The translations under genes were made by a program, and so were the position numbers. Shown here piece by piece: positions 25,466-37,268 of a DNA stretch of 64,000 nt (its first letter is position 1; every line of letters begins with the position of its first letter). The DNA is from Azolla caroliniana (taxonomy: Eukaryota > Plantae > Polypodiophyta): assembly GCA_043228905.1 (NCBI GenBank), contig JBHGNT010000017.1, positions 18,724,001 through 18,788,000 on the forward strand, given 5' to 3'. The notes beneath the pieces are model-generated. The model saw nothing but the letters and a program-made list of their open reading frames with translations. It made no database searches and had not been told where the DNA came from.

Positions 25466-28400
25466 GAATTTCGGCCAGAGGCGGAAACCGGGAAATATTG
25501 GCTACATCGATAGGGTGCAGCATGTGTTGTCACCCATGTACATTTAGTGTGAATAACAAGGGTGCCCTTATGGCGCCGAAGAGTAGACAAGTCAGGACAA
25601 AGAATCCCATGTAAGTCGGGATTTATCTCACATTGTAACGCATCTCCCTCCTTGTTCTATAAAAGGAGGGGAGCGCCTCTTGTGAAGGGGTTGCCCATTT
25701 TGTGTTATAGGGTATACCGGTAGTTACGGTTAGTCTCTTCTTCTTCTTTCTTTCTTCCTCTTCTTCTTCTCCTTCTCGAGTACTCGGGCGGCAGCTATGG
25801 CGGGAAAGCTGTTAGGTTAACTCCTCTTCTTCTGAGTGTACCCGGCTCGTGACCGGGGTGGTATCTCTCCTTGTTGTAGGTTTACTTCTGCCCGGCCTCC
25901 TGTGCAAGACCCCGTTCGACATGACACGCCCGTGAGCTCCCCGATCAGCGGCTTGGCAACAGACAGCTGTTGTAACCTACCATGGCCCGGCTCGAAGCCG
26001 GGGATGTATTCTTTCCCTTGTAATATATACATTTGCGTCTATTTGAGCATATTCGTGTCTCTATTGAGGTCGGCGTGTTGTGTGTATTGGTGTGAGTCGG
26101 TGTCAAGGGCGCGCTCCCTCTCTTTCTCTCCCTCTTGTTCGGTTGTTTCCGGGGTGCGTCCGGAATCGTCTTCTCAGCTTCCCTCCTTCCCTCATCCGAG
26201 ACCCCCATGGTCCCGCCCTTCTACACGCACGCGCGTAACAACGCGACATATTTGGTGAACCCGACGTGAAGGGCGGCAAGGGAGAATGGAGTTAGAAGAA
26301 GACAACTTCGCGCAACTTTTTGTCGAAGCGGTGAGGGAGTTTAGTCGAGCGACAGCAAGGCGAGAGTCGGCGCAACAAGCGGTCGAGCGAGTGGTCGAAA
26401 GAGTCGGCCGTTGCAACAGGGACAAAGTCCCATCTTACTTGGAAGCCTACAACATGGAAATGGAAGAGCGAGACGTGGATGAAGCGTTGAGGCTGGAGTT
26501 CTTCTGTCGGGTTGTCGCCGTCCGTATGCACGCGGAAGTGAAGGAGCTCCAAGAAGCTCATAGTTCGTGGGAGATCTTTGAAGAGGCGCTCCTGCAGGTA
26601 TATGGAGGACAGCGGAAGAGTCGGGGACGACACGCCTTCAACCAGTGGGTAGCATCGGCAAAGACCCACCGGGGCGCAACGAAGGCGTTCCGAGAGTTCG
26701 AGCAACGGCTTGCTCGGCTCTCGGAGCGGGAAAAAGGTTTGGTGGGGGCGGACAAAGTCCGATTGTTCATCAGGTCGAAAGACAGAGCGGAACGGGAGGC
26801 CATCGGGATTGAGCTCGAAGACGATGACGGAGCGAATGGGCTTACGAAGACTGGTCGAAGGTCGGAAGGGTGTGCCAAAGGCTAGACAACGAGCGAGCCG
26901 AGAAGGCTAAGAGGAAGGCGCGCAACGGCGTGCCATCACAGCGGGAAGAGGTCGAACGGCAAAGAGAGTCGGCAGGGGCCGGCGTTGGGGCCAGAATTGC
27001 GGAGGCGTACGCAACTCTCGAGGAGATGCTCGAGGAAGAGGAAACATCGAGGCCGCAAGCCGAGACTGAGGAGACAGACTTGACCCACGCGATGGCGGAA
27101 GATCGGTACGACAATACCACGGGAGGGGGTGCGGAACAAAACGCCCTCTCGACTTGCAGAGATAGAACGGCCAAGGACGAGGCTGAGATACCGATCGCGG
27201 AATCGGATAGTTGGGACCAGCGGTTTCGGGCTGAAACCCCGGACATCAGAGAATCAAGCCCAAGTGGGGCTTATGCGATCGGTAAGGAGACGACCGCCGA
27301 CCATGAAGAGCCGGTGGCTACGGACAAGGGCGTAAAACGGACGGGCGATTCTTTGTGTCTTCCCACACTTGCTCCAGAGACGATGGCAGTTGGGTCCGAG
27401 TGCCAAGAGGAGGATGGCGGCGGCGAGAGACCGAGAATCACCGGCGAGATGATACGGGGAAGGAGCGGACGAAAGCCCTCAGACCCGATTCCGGAGAACA
27501 CGACATTAGGGCCCTTATGCCCATGGAAGACCGAGGAGATGGATGGCGGTACCGAGGAGTCCTGGCACGATGCCAGCGAAGATGGATGGGAGATGGCCCG
27601 CAAAAGGGTCGACGAAGAGACCAAGGAACGACCCGACCAGGGACCGAACCGTGCGACGCTCCGATACGGGTGGAGCATAATCCGGTCGTGGATTCTTCGA
27701 TCGAGGCCGGATTCGGCATGAAGGTGCCGATACGGGAGAGGGTGCGGGACGAGCCGCCCTCTTTTACATGGGGAGAAAGACCGACCGGGCGAAGGTTGGG
27801 AATTGGAAGGATGGTGATCAGAGGTTCGGAATGAGTCTAGCAAGGTCGGCATCGGAGCCGAAACTCCGGACATTGGAGAATTGAGCTCAGGCGAGGCTTG
27901 ATTGATCACGGAGCGGATGCTATCCGCCGACACCACTAAAAGGGGCGGTGGCCTAGACGAGTTGCCGAAAGACGTTGCGAAATCGGTTACACCACATCCT
28001 ATCCGGAGACTTCGGCTGTTCAGCTAACGTGGCAACGTAAGGCCAAAGAGAAGGAAGATTGAGGCGGGAACGCAACAATGAGAGCGACGACGAGTTCGGG
28101 AGAAGTGCGGGGAACGAAGACCGGTCCCATGAGATCTTCACACTGATCCGGTTGTCGGCCCGAGTGCCGACGTGAGTCCTATAGGAGAGATCGGTGGCGA
28201 CAGGAGAACGGGACCCGGCAATACGGAGAATGACGAATGGACCCGGACGAGAACCGGGCGGAGCGGACTCTCGGATAACCATTCCGGGAGGGAGGAAGAG
28301 AGCAGGCCTACAAAGAGGCCGAGAACATGGTACGTCGGTACCACAGGAGAGGGTGTGGAGCGAGCCACCCTCTCGGCTTGCGACGTAAAGAAAGACCCGG

Positions 28401-30318
28401 GAAAAGGGTCAAGGATACGACGAGCCCAAGGAGGATCCTTCACACTGGTTCCAGAGACTCTGACGGTCGACCCGAGAGCCGACGTAAGACCTAGAGTGGT
28501 GATCGGTGGCGGAAAGGGGAAAAAGGCGAGGGAACTGCGGACGGGCGGTCTACGGAGATCCTCACACTAATCTGGCGGTCGGGCCGAGTGTCGGCGTGAG
28601 TCCTATAGGAGAGGTCGGTGGCAGCAGGCGAACGTGATCGGACGACAGAAGCAGAGAAAGAAGGTATCAGGCCGGCGACGCGGCCACTAACCAAATCGGA
28701 CCTACCGGCAAGGTCACGAGCATAAGGAAGTCCGGTCCTACGAGATCCCCACACCGGTTCCGGAGACTCCGGCTATTCCGCCAACGTGGCAACGTAAGAC
28801 CGAGGGAGAAGGAAGGTGGCGGCAAGGAACGAGACCCGACATCGACAAAGGTCGGTAAGACGGGGCGGACGAAGAGCGAAACCCCTACCTGCTGGTTACG
28901 GTTTCGGAAGGAGCCGGTAGGGGCAAACACGGGGAGGTGTGTCGAGCCGAAAAGGCACACCTGGGGCGGAACAAGAGTCTCGCAAGTGGCCATCGCGGGC
29001 CGGATCGAAGCGTGACTACGGGACGGTGTTCGGCACTGGCGGATGTCACGTGTAGAAGACCGGAGATGGATCCTCCACACCGACGTAAGACCTTGGCAGT
29101 CCGAGCCGACGTGGCGACGAAAGACCACGGAGAAGGAAGGTGGCGGCGAGGGGACGAAGGCAGTGGGGAACAACGCGGGATGACGACCAGGACCACGAGA
29201 ATGGTCGACGGAGGCCGGGCAGGCGACTACGAGCGTTCCTCAAGCGGAGGACATCGGGCATACGGCGGAGAGCGGAGTGTGCATACGGCCGAACAAGGGC
29301 CAGAGGAAGTACGTGGACTAGGGAGATTGCGGCAAAGGACCCATCGACGGGTTGAACGAGCCTACGGGGAGGTAAGCGCGAAGAAAGAACCGAAGCCGAC
29401 GATTCAAACCGGCAGCGAGCCGGGATGCGAATTACGGAAGACCGGTTTCTCACCGGCCGAAATCTCTCACCCTTCACCAGATTTGGCACATACCGGTGGA
29501 TGTGCGGTTTGGTGGGGGCGGATGTCGTGAAGAATTTCGGCCAGAGGAGGAAACCGGGAAATATTGGCTACATCGACAGGGTGCAGCATGTGCAGTCACC
29601 CTTGTACATTTAGTGTGAATAACGAGGGCGCCTTTATGGCGCCGAAGAGTAGACAAGTTGGGACAGAGAATCCCATGTAAGTCGGGATTTATCCCACATT
29701 GTAACGCATCTCCCTCCTTGTTCTATAAAAGGAGGGGAGCGCCTCTTGTGAAGGGGTTGCCCATTTTGTGTTAGAGGGTATACCGGTAGTTAGGGTTAGT
29801 CTCTTCTTCTTCTTTCTTTCTTCTTCTTCTTCTTCTCCTTCTCGAGTACTCGGGCGGCAGCTATGGCGGGAAAGCTGTTAGGTTAACTCCTCTTCTTCTG
29901 AGCATACCCGGCTCGCGACCGGGGTGGTATCTCTCCCTGTTGTAGGTTTACTTCTACCCGGCCTCCTGTGCAAGACCCCGTTCGGCACGACAAGCCCGTG
30001 AGCTCCCCGATCGGCGGCTTGGCAGCAGACGACTGTTGTAACCTACCATGGCCCAGCTCGAAGCCGGGGATGTATTCTTTCCCTTGTAATATATACATTT
30101 GCATCTGTCTGTGCATATTCGTGTCTCTGTTGAGGTCGGCGTGGTGTGTGTGTGTGTGGGTGTGAGTCGGTGTCAAGCGCGCGCTCCCTCTCTTTCTCTC
30201 CATCTTGTTCGGTTGTTTCCGGGGCTTGTCCGGAATCATCTTCTCGGCTTCCCTCCTTCCCTCGTCCGAGACCCCCGTGGTCCCGCCCTTCTACACGCAC
30301 ACGCATAACAACGCGACA
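25466..30318 (+). mobile_element. Element F: non-autonomous gag-only LTR retrotransposon (LTRs 25466-26248 and 29523-30318)
   Basis: ~790-bp LTR pair; PBS TGGTGAACCCGACGTGAA at 26253-26270; PPT at about 29511-29522; TSD ACGG (25458-25461 / 30319-30322); first 9 nt of the 5' LTR replaced by AACT; no pol. Confidence 0.9.
26286..27721 (+). pseudogene. Element F gag-like ORF (frameshift near 26850) running into a repeat region
   Basis: VGRCNRDKVPSYLEAYNMEM..RLEFFCRV, EFEQRL, DDDGANGLT; homologous to gag of H. Confidence 0.78.
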
Positions 30319-30419
30319 ACGGTAACCGGTGGTATCGACATCCGACGGAGCCGGCAAGGCGGCGGCCACCTTTAACCGGCGGCATCCGGTGCTGCCGAGG
30401 TGATGGCATCCGGCGACTA

Positions 30420-30520
30420 GATAAATAAATATATATATATACATATACAAGGAGGGCAAGTAAGGATTCGAACCTTGCACTTCCAAGTTAGGAGTCAATT
30501 GGCTTACCACTAAGTAAAGA
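30420..30520 (-). other. tRNA-derived SINE-like relic within G
   Basis: Minus strand: degenerate A box (CTTAGTGG), exact B box GGTTCGAATCC, then a (TA)n/(TTTA)n tail. No full cloverleaf. Confidence 0.4.
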
Positions 30521-32744
30521 TATTTAGTTGAAATTATATTTCTATCATTGTACTTTTACATATAAATTCTGATACATGAGAGCTAAAATGAGTGACATGG
30601 TTATCATGCACCACATATAATACATGAGCGCCAAATGGCAAACATGCATTTTATGCATGGCTTGAACCCTCAAATGCATGAGGGCATCTATAAAAGTGGG
30701 AATGAAAAAGATCAAGGGGGATTTTTTTTGGATAAAAGAAAGCTTTGTACTTTAAATCAAAATTAATATTAAGAAGAAAATTCATTATCCTTTTGATGAT
30801 ATACCTTGTTCTTGAAATCTAAAATCAAGAGTTCTTAATCTCTCTCTCAATCTAAAATCAAACGTTCTATCTTATCTCAATCTCTCTCTCTTTCAATCTA
30901 TCTTAATTCCTTTCCCACTAAAGCTTGTGCAAACTTCGAGTCCTTCCGGTCCAGAACCCCGGCGGTTCCGCCTCGCGATCCGCGCCTAGTGACGGATCTT
31001 CATGACACCATGTTCCTGGTCTCCCCGTAGGCCTGCCTCTTCCTCCCTTTTGGATCGGTTATATGGAAATCCGCTCCGCCCGGTTCTTGCCCAGGTCTGT
31101 CCATCACTTCACATTGTTGGGTCTCGTTCTCTTGCCGCCACCGTCAGTATCTTGGTCTTACGTCGGATCCGATGCCAACCGCCAAAGTCTCTAGATCCGG
31201 TGTGAGGTGACCCATAGGACCGATCTTCGTTCTTCACTTCCAGATCAGTTGTATTGGCCGTGACCTCCGCGCCCTTGCCGCCACTTTCCATCTCTTAGGT
31301 CTTCCATTGGTTCTGGGACGCAACCGCCTAAGTCTCGGGAATGAGTGTGGAGGACCCATACTTCAGTCAACCGCCTCTTTCATTTTTCCCCGTCGTCGTT
31401 GATCCCTTCCTTACGCTTCCCTACCATCTCCCTTCTCTTTCGGACTCACGTTGCCTTGTTGGCTTGAACTGCCGAAGTCTCTGGTCAAGATGTGGGGTAA
31501 CCGATTTCGTAACGTCCTCCGGTGGCTTGTCCCAGGCCACCGACCCTTTTAGTGGTGTCAGTGCATAGCATCCGCTCTGTGATCAACCAAGCCCGCCTGG
31601 GCTTGATTCTCCAATGTCCGGAGTTTTCGGGCTGACATGCCCGAAACCGCTAGTCCCAACGTTCTGATTCTTCGATCAGTATCTCGGCCTTGTCCTTGGT
31701 TGTTCCATCTCCGCAAGCCAAGAGGGCGTTTTGTTCCGCACTCTCTCCTGTGGTACCGCCGTACCAATCTTCTGCCATCTCATGGGGCAAGTCTATCTCC
31801 TCATCGTCGGCTTGCGGCCTCGTTCTTTCCTATGCCTCGAGCATTGCCTCTAGAGCTACGTACGCCTTCGCAAACCTGGCCCCGAAACCAAGCCTTGCCG
31901 ACTCTCTTTGCCGCTCGGCCTCTTCCCGTTGTGATGGCACGCCGTCGCGCGCCTTCCTCCTAGCCTTCTCGGCCCGCTCGTCATCTAGCCATTGGCATAC
32001 CCTTCCAACCTTCGACCAGTCCTCCGTAAGGCCATTCACTTCGTCCTCGTCTTCGAGCTAACTCCCAAAATTATTCCTTACGAGGAATATCATACTAACA
32101 GCCTTCCAGTTTACGCACTGATACGGCCATGTTATGCGTACCGATTTACGCACCCAATCTACGCACTGGGTTACGCATCGTATTACGCACGGATGTTGAG
32201 CTTGTCTCTCAACAAATCTCTTCTTCAAGTTTTGCAACCACTTTCTTAAGAAATTCATTCTCAATGGCAATAGTTTGGAGCTTAGCATTCTCTTTCATTA
32301 ACATCCTAATCTCTTTACCTTGCTTGTTTATGGTTTCTTTAAGAGAAATCAAGTGACTCATAATGTCATAAACATCGACATAAGCATTTTGTCCATTGTG
32401 TTTATTGCATTGGAATCAACATTTGTTGGTGATTTCGGTTCATTATCAATCATACTCCCGAACTGTGAGGCGGCCTTATGAGTGTGTGTCATTGTAGGAC
32501 CAAACCCTACGAGAAGAGAGAGAGTGAGAAAGAGGGAGAGAGAAAATGTACCTTTCACTTGATTTAGGGCTTCAAAATCTACCTTGCGTTTGAGGAGCCG
32601 TGGGGCAAAGATGGATGCAGAAGAAAATGCTCATAACTTCTCGCCACGGTAACGGAATTCAGTAAATGAACATTCCTTACAAAGCTCTCTAAAAGAGCTT
32701 TCCAATGAGCTATATAACGTAAACAATGATGTCTGGAGTGAAAC

Positions 32745-32750
<6 letters not shown>

Positions 32751-32808
<58 letters not shown>
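32751..32808 (+). repeat. (GA)n microsatellite in the J LTR
   Basis: Seen directly; a shorter counterpart lies at about 55285-55311. Confidence 0.95.
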
Positions 32809-32810
<2 letters not shown>

Positions 32811-32815
32811 AGTTA

Positions 32816-33170
32816 TATTATTACGCACTAACTATTACATCATCGGTGGTGGCTTTATAAGCCCACCACCGATACAGATACGGTTTCCTTCTCATAACCG
32901 TATTCCTAAGATTAATAACTATTTATTTATTTATTTATTGCTTATAATTATTATTATTTTCCATACCCCCCCCTAAGCAAAAATTTCTAGAAGTGTAGAT
33001 TTTCATCTTTGTCTTCGATTACATCAATTAATCCAACTTGCTTACAACAAATAATGCGCTTAGAATGTTGAAGAGGTTTCGTTAGAAAATCAACCCACAT
33101 TTGATGAGTGGGAGCACACATCAAATAATGTGCTTAGAATGTTGAAGAGGTTTTGTTAGAAAATCAACCC
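32816..33170. repeat. ~355-bp target duplication, left copy (right copy 51304-51662)
   Basis: Near-identical direct repeats abutting the two PLE ends. Confidence 0.88.
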
Positions 33171-33319
33171 TCATTAAGCCATCCCTCTCTACATTCACTA
33201 CCTCCCTAACTCCCACATCCTCCTTTATACACATTCAAATCCCCTCTCATCCATCCCCACCTGTCCCCTTCACTCTTCTTGCATCTTCCCCTATATAAGC
33301 CTCTCACATTTTTGTATAT

Positions 33320-33372
33320 GGTCTTTAGCACTGATGAGCTCATATAGAGCGAAACATGTTTGCCAAAAGACC
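33320..33372 (+). ncRNA. Minimal type I hammerhead ribozyme (intact core)
   Basis: Stem I GGTCTTT-A-GCA / TGC-CA-AAAGACC; CTGATGA; stem II GCTC-ATATA-GAGC; GAAA; palindromic short stem III ACATGT; GTT cleavage triplet. Confidence 0.85.
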
Positions 33373-33555
33373 TTTTCTTACATAAATTGAAATTTGAATT
33401 CTCTCTCTCTCTCTTCTCCTCCCCTACTACTCTCTTTTATACTATTCTTTAGGTACCATACTATTTACCCTAACTATCCAACCGCCGAAGGTTATACGCT
33501 CGCACTCCTTGCTTAGGCCATACGGCCCACAAGTACTAAAGATTCGACATATCAC

Positions 33556-34244
33556 ATGGAGGCTCATTCACCGGAGATAGGAACCCACAATGGATCTGCA
33601 TCGACAATGTTCGAGCAACCATCTAGTGAAGAGTTCCCTCAACCCACGGTAATGACGTCTGCAGCGATGGCATCGGCTACACCGACCCCTATCAAGCGTA
33701 ATAGTGCGAATAAAAGACCACAAAAGCATGCTCGAGATTATATTCTCTCTCCATCACTCATCAACTCCACTCCTGATACTAAGGTTTCCAATACTAAGGT
33801 ATCATCTTCTAATACATCATTTTGCTCAAAATACTTAGAAGAATATAAAACTAGAGTATTCGTCGAATTTAAACAACTCTTCAAAAGAAAGAAACAAGCC
33901 AAAAATACCCATAATAGGATGTTGAACTTATACTCTCATGAATTAACCCCTAATAGTCTTAGAAGTTCATCCCCCCAAGCTAAAGATAGATCATGAAGAA
34001 ATTAACAATAGCATGCATAAGGACTTTCTAACCCTCACTAATCAATATAATAAAGATCTAACAAGTACTTATATTAAACATCTAGACTTACTAGTGCACT
34101 CCTATACTAAAACCCTAGATAATTTCCCTAATACCGTTAGATCAGATCTACATAACTTTGCTAACATCCTTCAAGAACCCCAACATTTTGAGGATGTATC
34201 ATCATATGTTGAGCCGGCTAATTTTCAAGAAACGATTAATACGT
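33556..34244 (+). pseudogene. PLE ORF1, N-terminal part (helical/coiled-coil-like; frameshift near 33970)
   Basis: ATG just after the pLTR; removing H restores the frame ..QETINT|LxQDFGSEILKM.. Confidence 0.7.
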
Positions 34245-34925
34245 TGTCGTGAAGAAAACCATCCCTAGGCGCAAACTGTGTATAGTGTGTGTGAACCGGC
34301 CCTTACACGTGGGCACATCCCTTGTCGTATAGTAGATAGGTAGGCACAAAGGTTAAATCCTAGGTAGCAATATTCTATAAGGGAAATCGAGGAGTATCTC
34401 TGTCCGAAAGGACAGAGAATTAATGTGAAGTAAACGGGTGAAGTGGCCTCCCTCCTTGAGCTATAAAAGAGAGGGAGACGGGGGAGAGAAGATATCGCGC
34501 GCTAGAGGGAACGAAGTGCTGTCGGACTGGGACTGAGCTATTCTCTGTCGTTCTCCATAGCCTTCTTTTGCGCAGGCTCTCAGGAGGCTGATTCTGCTCT
34601 GTGGAACGCCCATGTGCTTCCGGCAGAATCTCCATCTTGCTCTCCTGTGTGCATGGGTGATCAGGCGTCTGCACCCACCTCGCCGACCTGGTCGGCTGTA
34701 ACAGTTCGAGTCGTCTGCATACATACAAATACATGCCTATATTTACATACACACTCTAGTGTTCTCAACTTGCGTCTCCTGTGTTGTTGTGACGCTTCCC
34801 CATGCGCTTCTTTGTCTATACATGAGTGAGCGTCTCTCTCTCTCTCTCTTTTCCTCACCTATTCCTCGGTCCAAGACCCCAATGGTCCCGCCTTGTTCTC
34901 CACGCACGCGCGTAACAACGCGACA
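34245..34925 (+). repeat. LTR of element H (left copy, flanked by ACGT on both sides)
   Basis: TGTCGTGAAGA...ACGCGACA; near-identical to 46577-47261. Confidence 0.92.
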
Positions 34926-35255
34926 ACGTTACCACAAGATTTCGGCTCTGAAATCCTAAAAATGTGTGACGATTTCGCACTAAATTACAACATTGATGAT
35001 ACACTTAAGAGAACGGCCACGGAACTTAGAGATAAAACAAGAGCACAAAATAGATATGAAAACCCTAATATTAGAGATATAGACATTACAATGTATGAAG
35101 GGGAAGAGGAAAATCATAATGAAATGTTTTATGACAGTCCCTCGTACATTGCTCCCGTAGAAGCCGAGATAAATAACACTAAAAATTCTGTCCCCCATAC
35201 TATTAACCTAAATAAAAATTCTAATCACACACCCACACCCAACCCCAAAAAGAAT
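34926..35255 (+). repeat. Duplicated ~330-bp piece of PLE ORF1 (copy of about 47262-47591)
   Basis: Near-identical sequence and translation (QDFGSEILKM...PTPNPKKN). Confidence 0.9.
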
Positions 35256-35281
35256 CGGTTGGCGCTTCTTTGTCTATACAT

Positions 35282-35928
35282 TGTCGTGAAGAAAACCGTC
35301 CCTTGGCGCAATCGGTGCATAGAGCGCGTGAACCGGCTCTTCACGCGTGCGCGCCCTTTAATGTATATAATAGGGAATTAGGTACATAGGTATATCCTGG
35401 GTAGTTAGATTCGGTAGGTAGGAAGTAAATGAGGGAACGGCTCCCTTCTTGAAGCTATAAAAGAGAGGGGACGCGGGGAGAGAGGAATAGCGCATTGAGG
35501 AGGACGAAGTGTTGTCGGACTGTAACCGAACGCTTCTCCTCTGTTCATTCTCCATCGCTCTTCTCTGCAGGATTTCAGGAGGCTCGCGCTGCTTCGAGGA
35601 ACGCCCGTGTGCTTCCGGCAGCACCTCCATCTTATCCCCTTTCGTACGCAGACGAGCAGGCATCGACATTTGTTCGTCGGCCTGTTCAGTTGTAACTGCT
35701 CGCGTGCTCTGTTGTTTTGTGTCATTTGTTAATATACAAACATTCGTGTCTCTCTGTCTCTGTGTCCATTCGTGTTTTCTGCGTTGACGGGCCGTGTCCC
35801 TGTGTTTCTTTGCTCATACGTTACCGGTCGTCTCTCTCTTTCTCTTTCCCCTCCTATCACCTGCTCTTCGGTTCAAGACCCCGGTGGTCCCGCCTCGTTT
35901 CTCCACGCACGCGCTTAGTAACGCGACA
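35282..35928 (+). mobile_element. Element I: solo LTR of the tRNA-Trp family inserted in the 5' LTR of H
   Basis: TGTCGTGAAGA...ACGCGACA; TSD ACAT/ACGT; H LTR sequence is contiguous across it. Confidence 0.88.
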
Positions 35929-36038
35929 ACGTGAGTGAGCGTCTCTCTCTCTCTCTCTTTTCCTCACCTATTCCTCGGTCCAAGACCCCAGTGGTCCCGC
36001 CTTGTTCTCCACGCACGCGCGTAACAACGCGACATATT

Positions 36039-36056
36039 TGGTGAACCCGACGTGAA
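36039..36056 (+). promoter_or_regulatory. Primer-binding site, tRNA-Trp (element H)
   Basis: TGGTGAACCCGACGTGAA 4 nt after the LTR end at 36034. Confidence 0.85.
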
Positions 36057-36077
36057 CAGGCGGTAGAGGAGTAGAAG

Positions 36078-37268
36078 ATGAGGGGGTCGGACCTTGCAGA
36101 AGCCATGGCTTCGGCTGTAGACTGTATAGTGAGTGCACGTAAAGGCATCGGCGCCCTTGATAGGGCTATCGAGGCGGTTGTCGGTACGATCAGCCAGTTT
36201 AGTGGGAAGGATGCCACGAGCTACTTGGCGTCCTACCGGGCTGAGATGGTAATGAGGGACATTCCGGAAGAGAGGCGTCTAGCCGGATTCCCTCGAGTGG
36301 CGATGCCAGGTATCCATACGGAGGTGCTCGAGGTACGGGCCGAGAGCCGGACCTGGGAGGAGTTCGAAGGTCGGCTCCTCGAAAGATACAGGCTTGAAGA
36401 TGCACTTCGACTTTCGAAGCGGGACTTCATGGAGTGGGTGGAGACCCCCGACAAAGGAAGGAACGCGTCAGTGCTCCTTCGGGAGTTTGAGGAACGCTTC
36501 GCGCGCCTCTCGGTGCTTGACCGGACCGTTCTGGACACAAGCCGTGTCCTATTGTTTGTTAAGTCGGTTGACGAGCGGGATCGGGAGCAGGTAGGCCTCC
36601 TATTGGAGACTAATGACGGGCTGACGGTCGACTGGGCCGTGGTGAAAAGGGTCTGTGGCCGTTTCGACAAACGGCGGGAATGGGTTGACAAAGGATCGAC
36701 AGGGGCGGGCTCTATCGCAGCAAAGAAGCTCGAGCCAACGCCACCAACGCGAAGGGAAGAGACCCGAGATTGGCTCGAGACCGGGTCGGCTTCAACCGGC
36801 ATGGTCAAGGGCTCGTCCGGGGGAGCAGCTCTGGAGGAGCTGACGCGGATAGTAAAGGATCTCCAGATCGCCCAGGCACGGAGGGATGGTGGCGAACAGG
36901 CCCGTGACCGACGACCTCTGGCTGAAAACAGGTGCATGTGGTGTGACGCGGTTGGGCACATCCAGAAGGACTGCGGGGACTTCGTCGAGGCGATGAGAAG
37001 CAACGTGGTGTACCTGTGGAACGGTCGGGTGCACGCCAGTGAGACCCGAAGGGCCCTAAACCTGAACGTCGGGCGAGGGGGTATGAAAAGGCTGATGGAG
37101 GAGGCGGCGGCTCATCACGCGGAGACCGTCCACTACTCAGCGTCAGCTGGTATTCGGGTCGGAGGTGGCGAGGCCCCGAAGACAAACAAAGCCGGGTTCT
37201 TGCCGACGATGCTGGAAGGCCTCGCCGGCGCACGGCTGAGGAAAGAAGAGGTGGACCGCGTGGAAAAA
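36078..37268 (+). pseudogene. Element H gag (N-terminal part, cut by K)
   Basis: FSGKDATSYLASY capsid-like motif and CMWCDAVGHIQKDC knuckle; frame resumes at 42084. Confidence 0.85.

Larger units (their letters stand above)
25081..31007 (+). mobile_element. Element G: probable solo LTR (~1.07 kb: 25081-25461 plus 30323-31007), interrupted by F
   Basis: 12-bp terminal inverted repeat TGTCGTGAAGAT...ATCTTCATGACA; TSD CCGT/CCAT; E sequence is contiguous across it. Confidence 0.7.
23015..32058 (-). mobile_element. Element E: 5'-truncated non-autonomous tRNA-Trp-family element (3' LTR 23015-23642; internal 23643-25080 and 31012-32058), interrupted by G/F
   Basis: Family LTR termini, PPT and hairpin on the minus strand. 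Internal sequence is colinear with F and resumes after G. It ends in the gag motif NGLTEDWSKV. Confidence 0.8.

Noticed and set aside
27340-29170. CRISPR-like repeat-spacer array
   Set aside because: Repeats are degenerate, irregularly spaced and inside a eukaryotic LTR element; no cas genes.
30462-30514. Functional tRNA gene
   Set aside because: Only the B box and T arm are convincing; there is no acceptor stem. Kept only as a low-confidence SINE-like relic.
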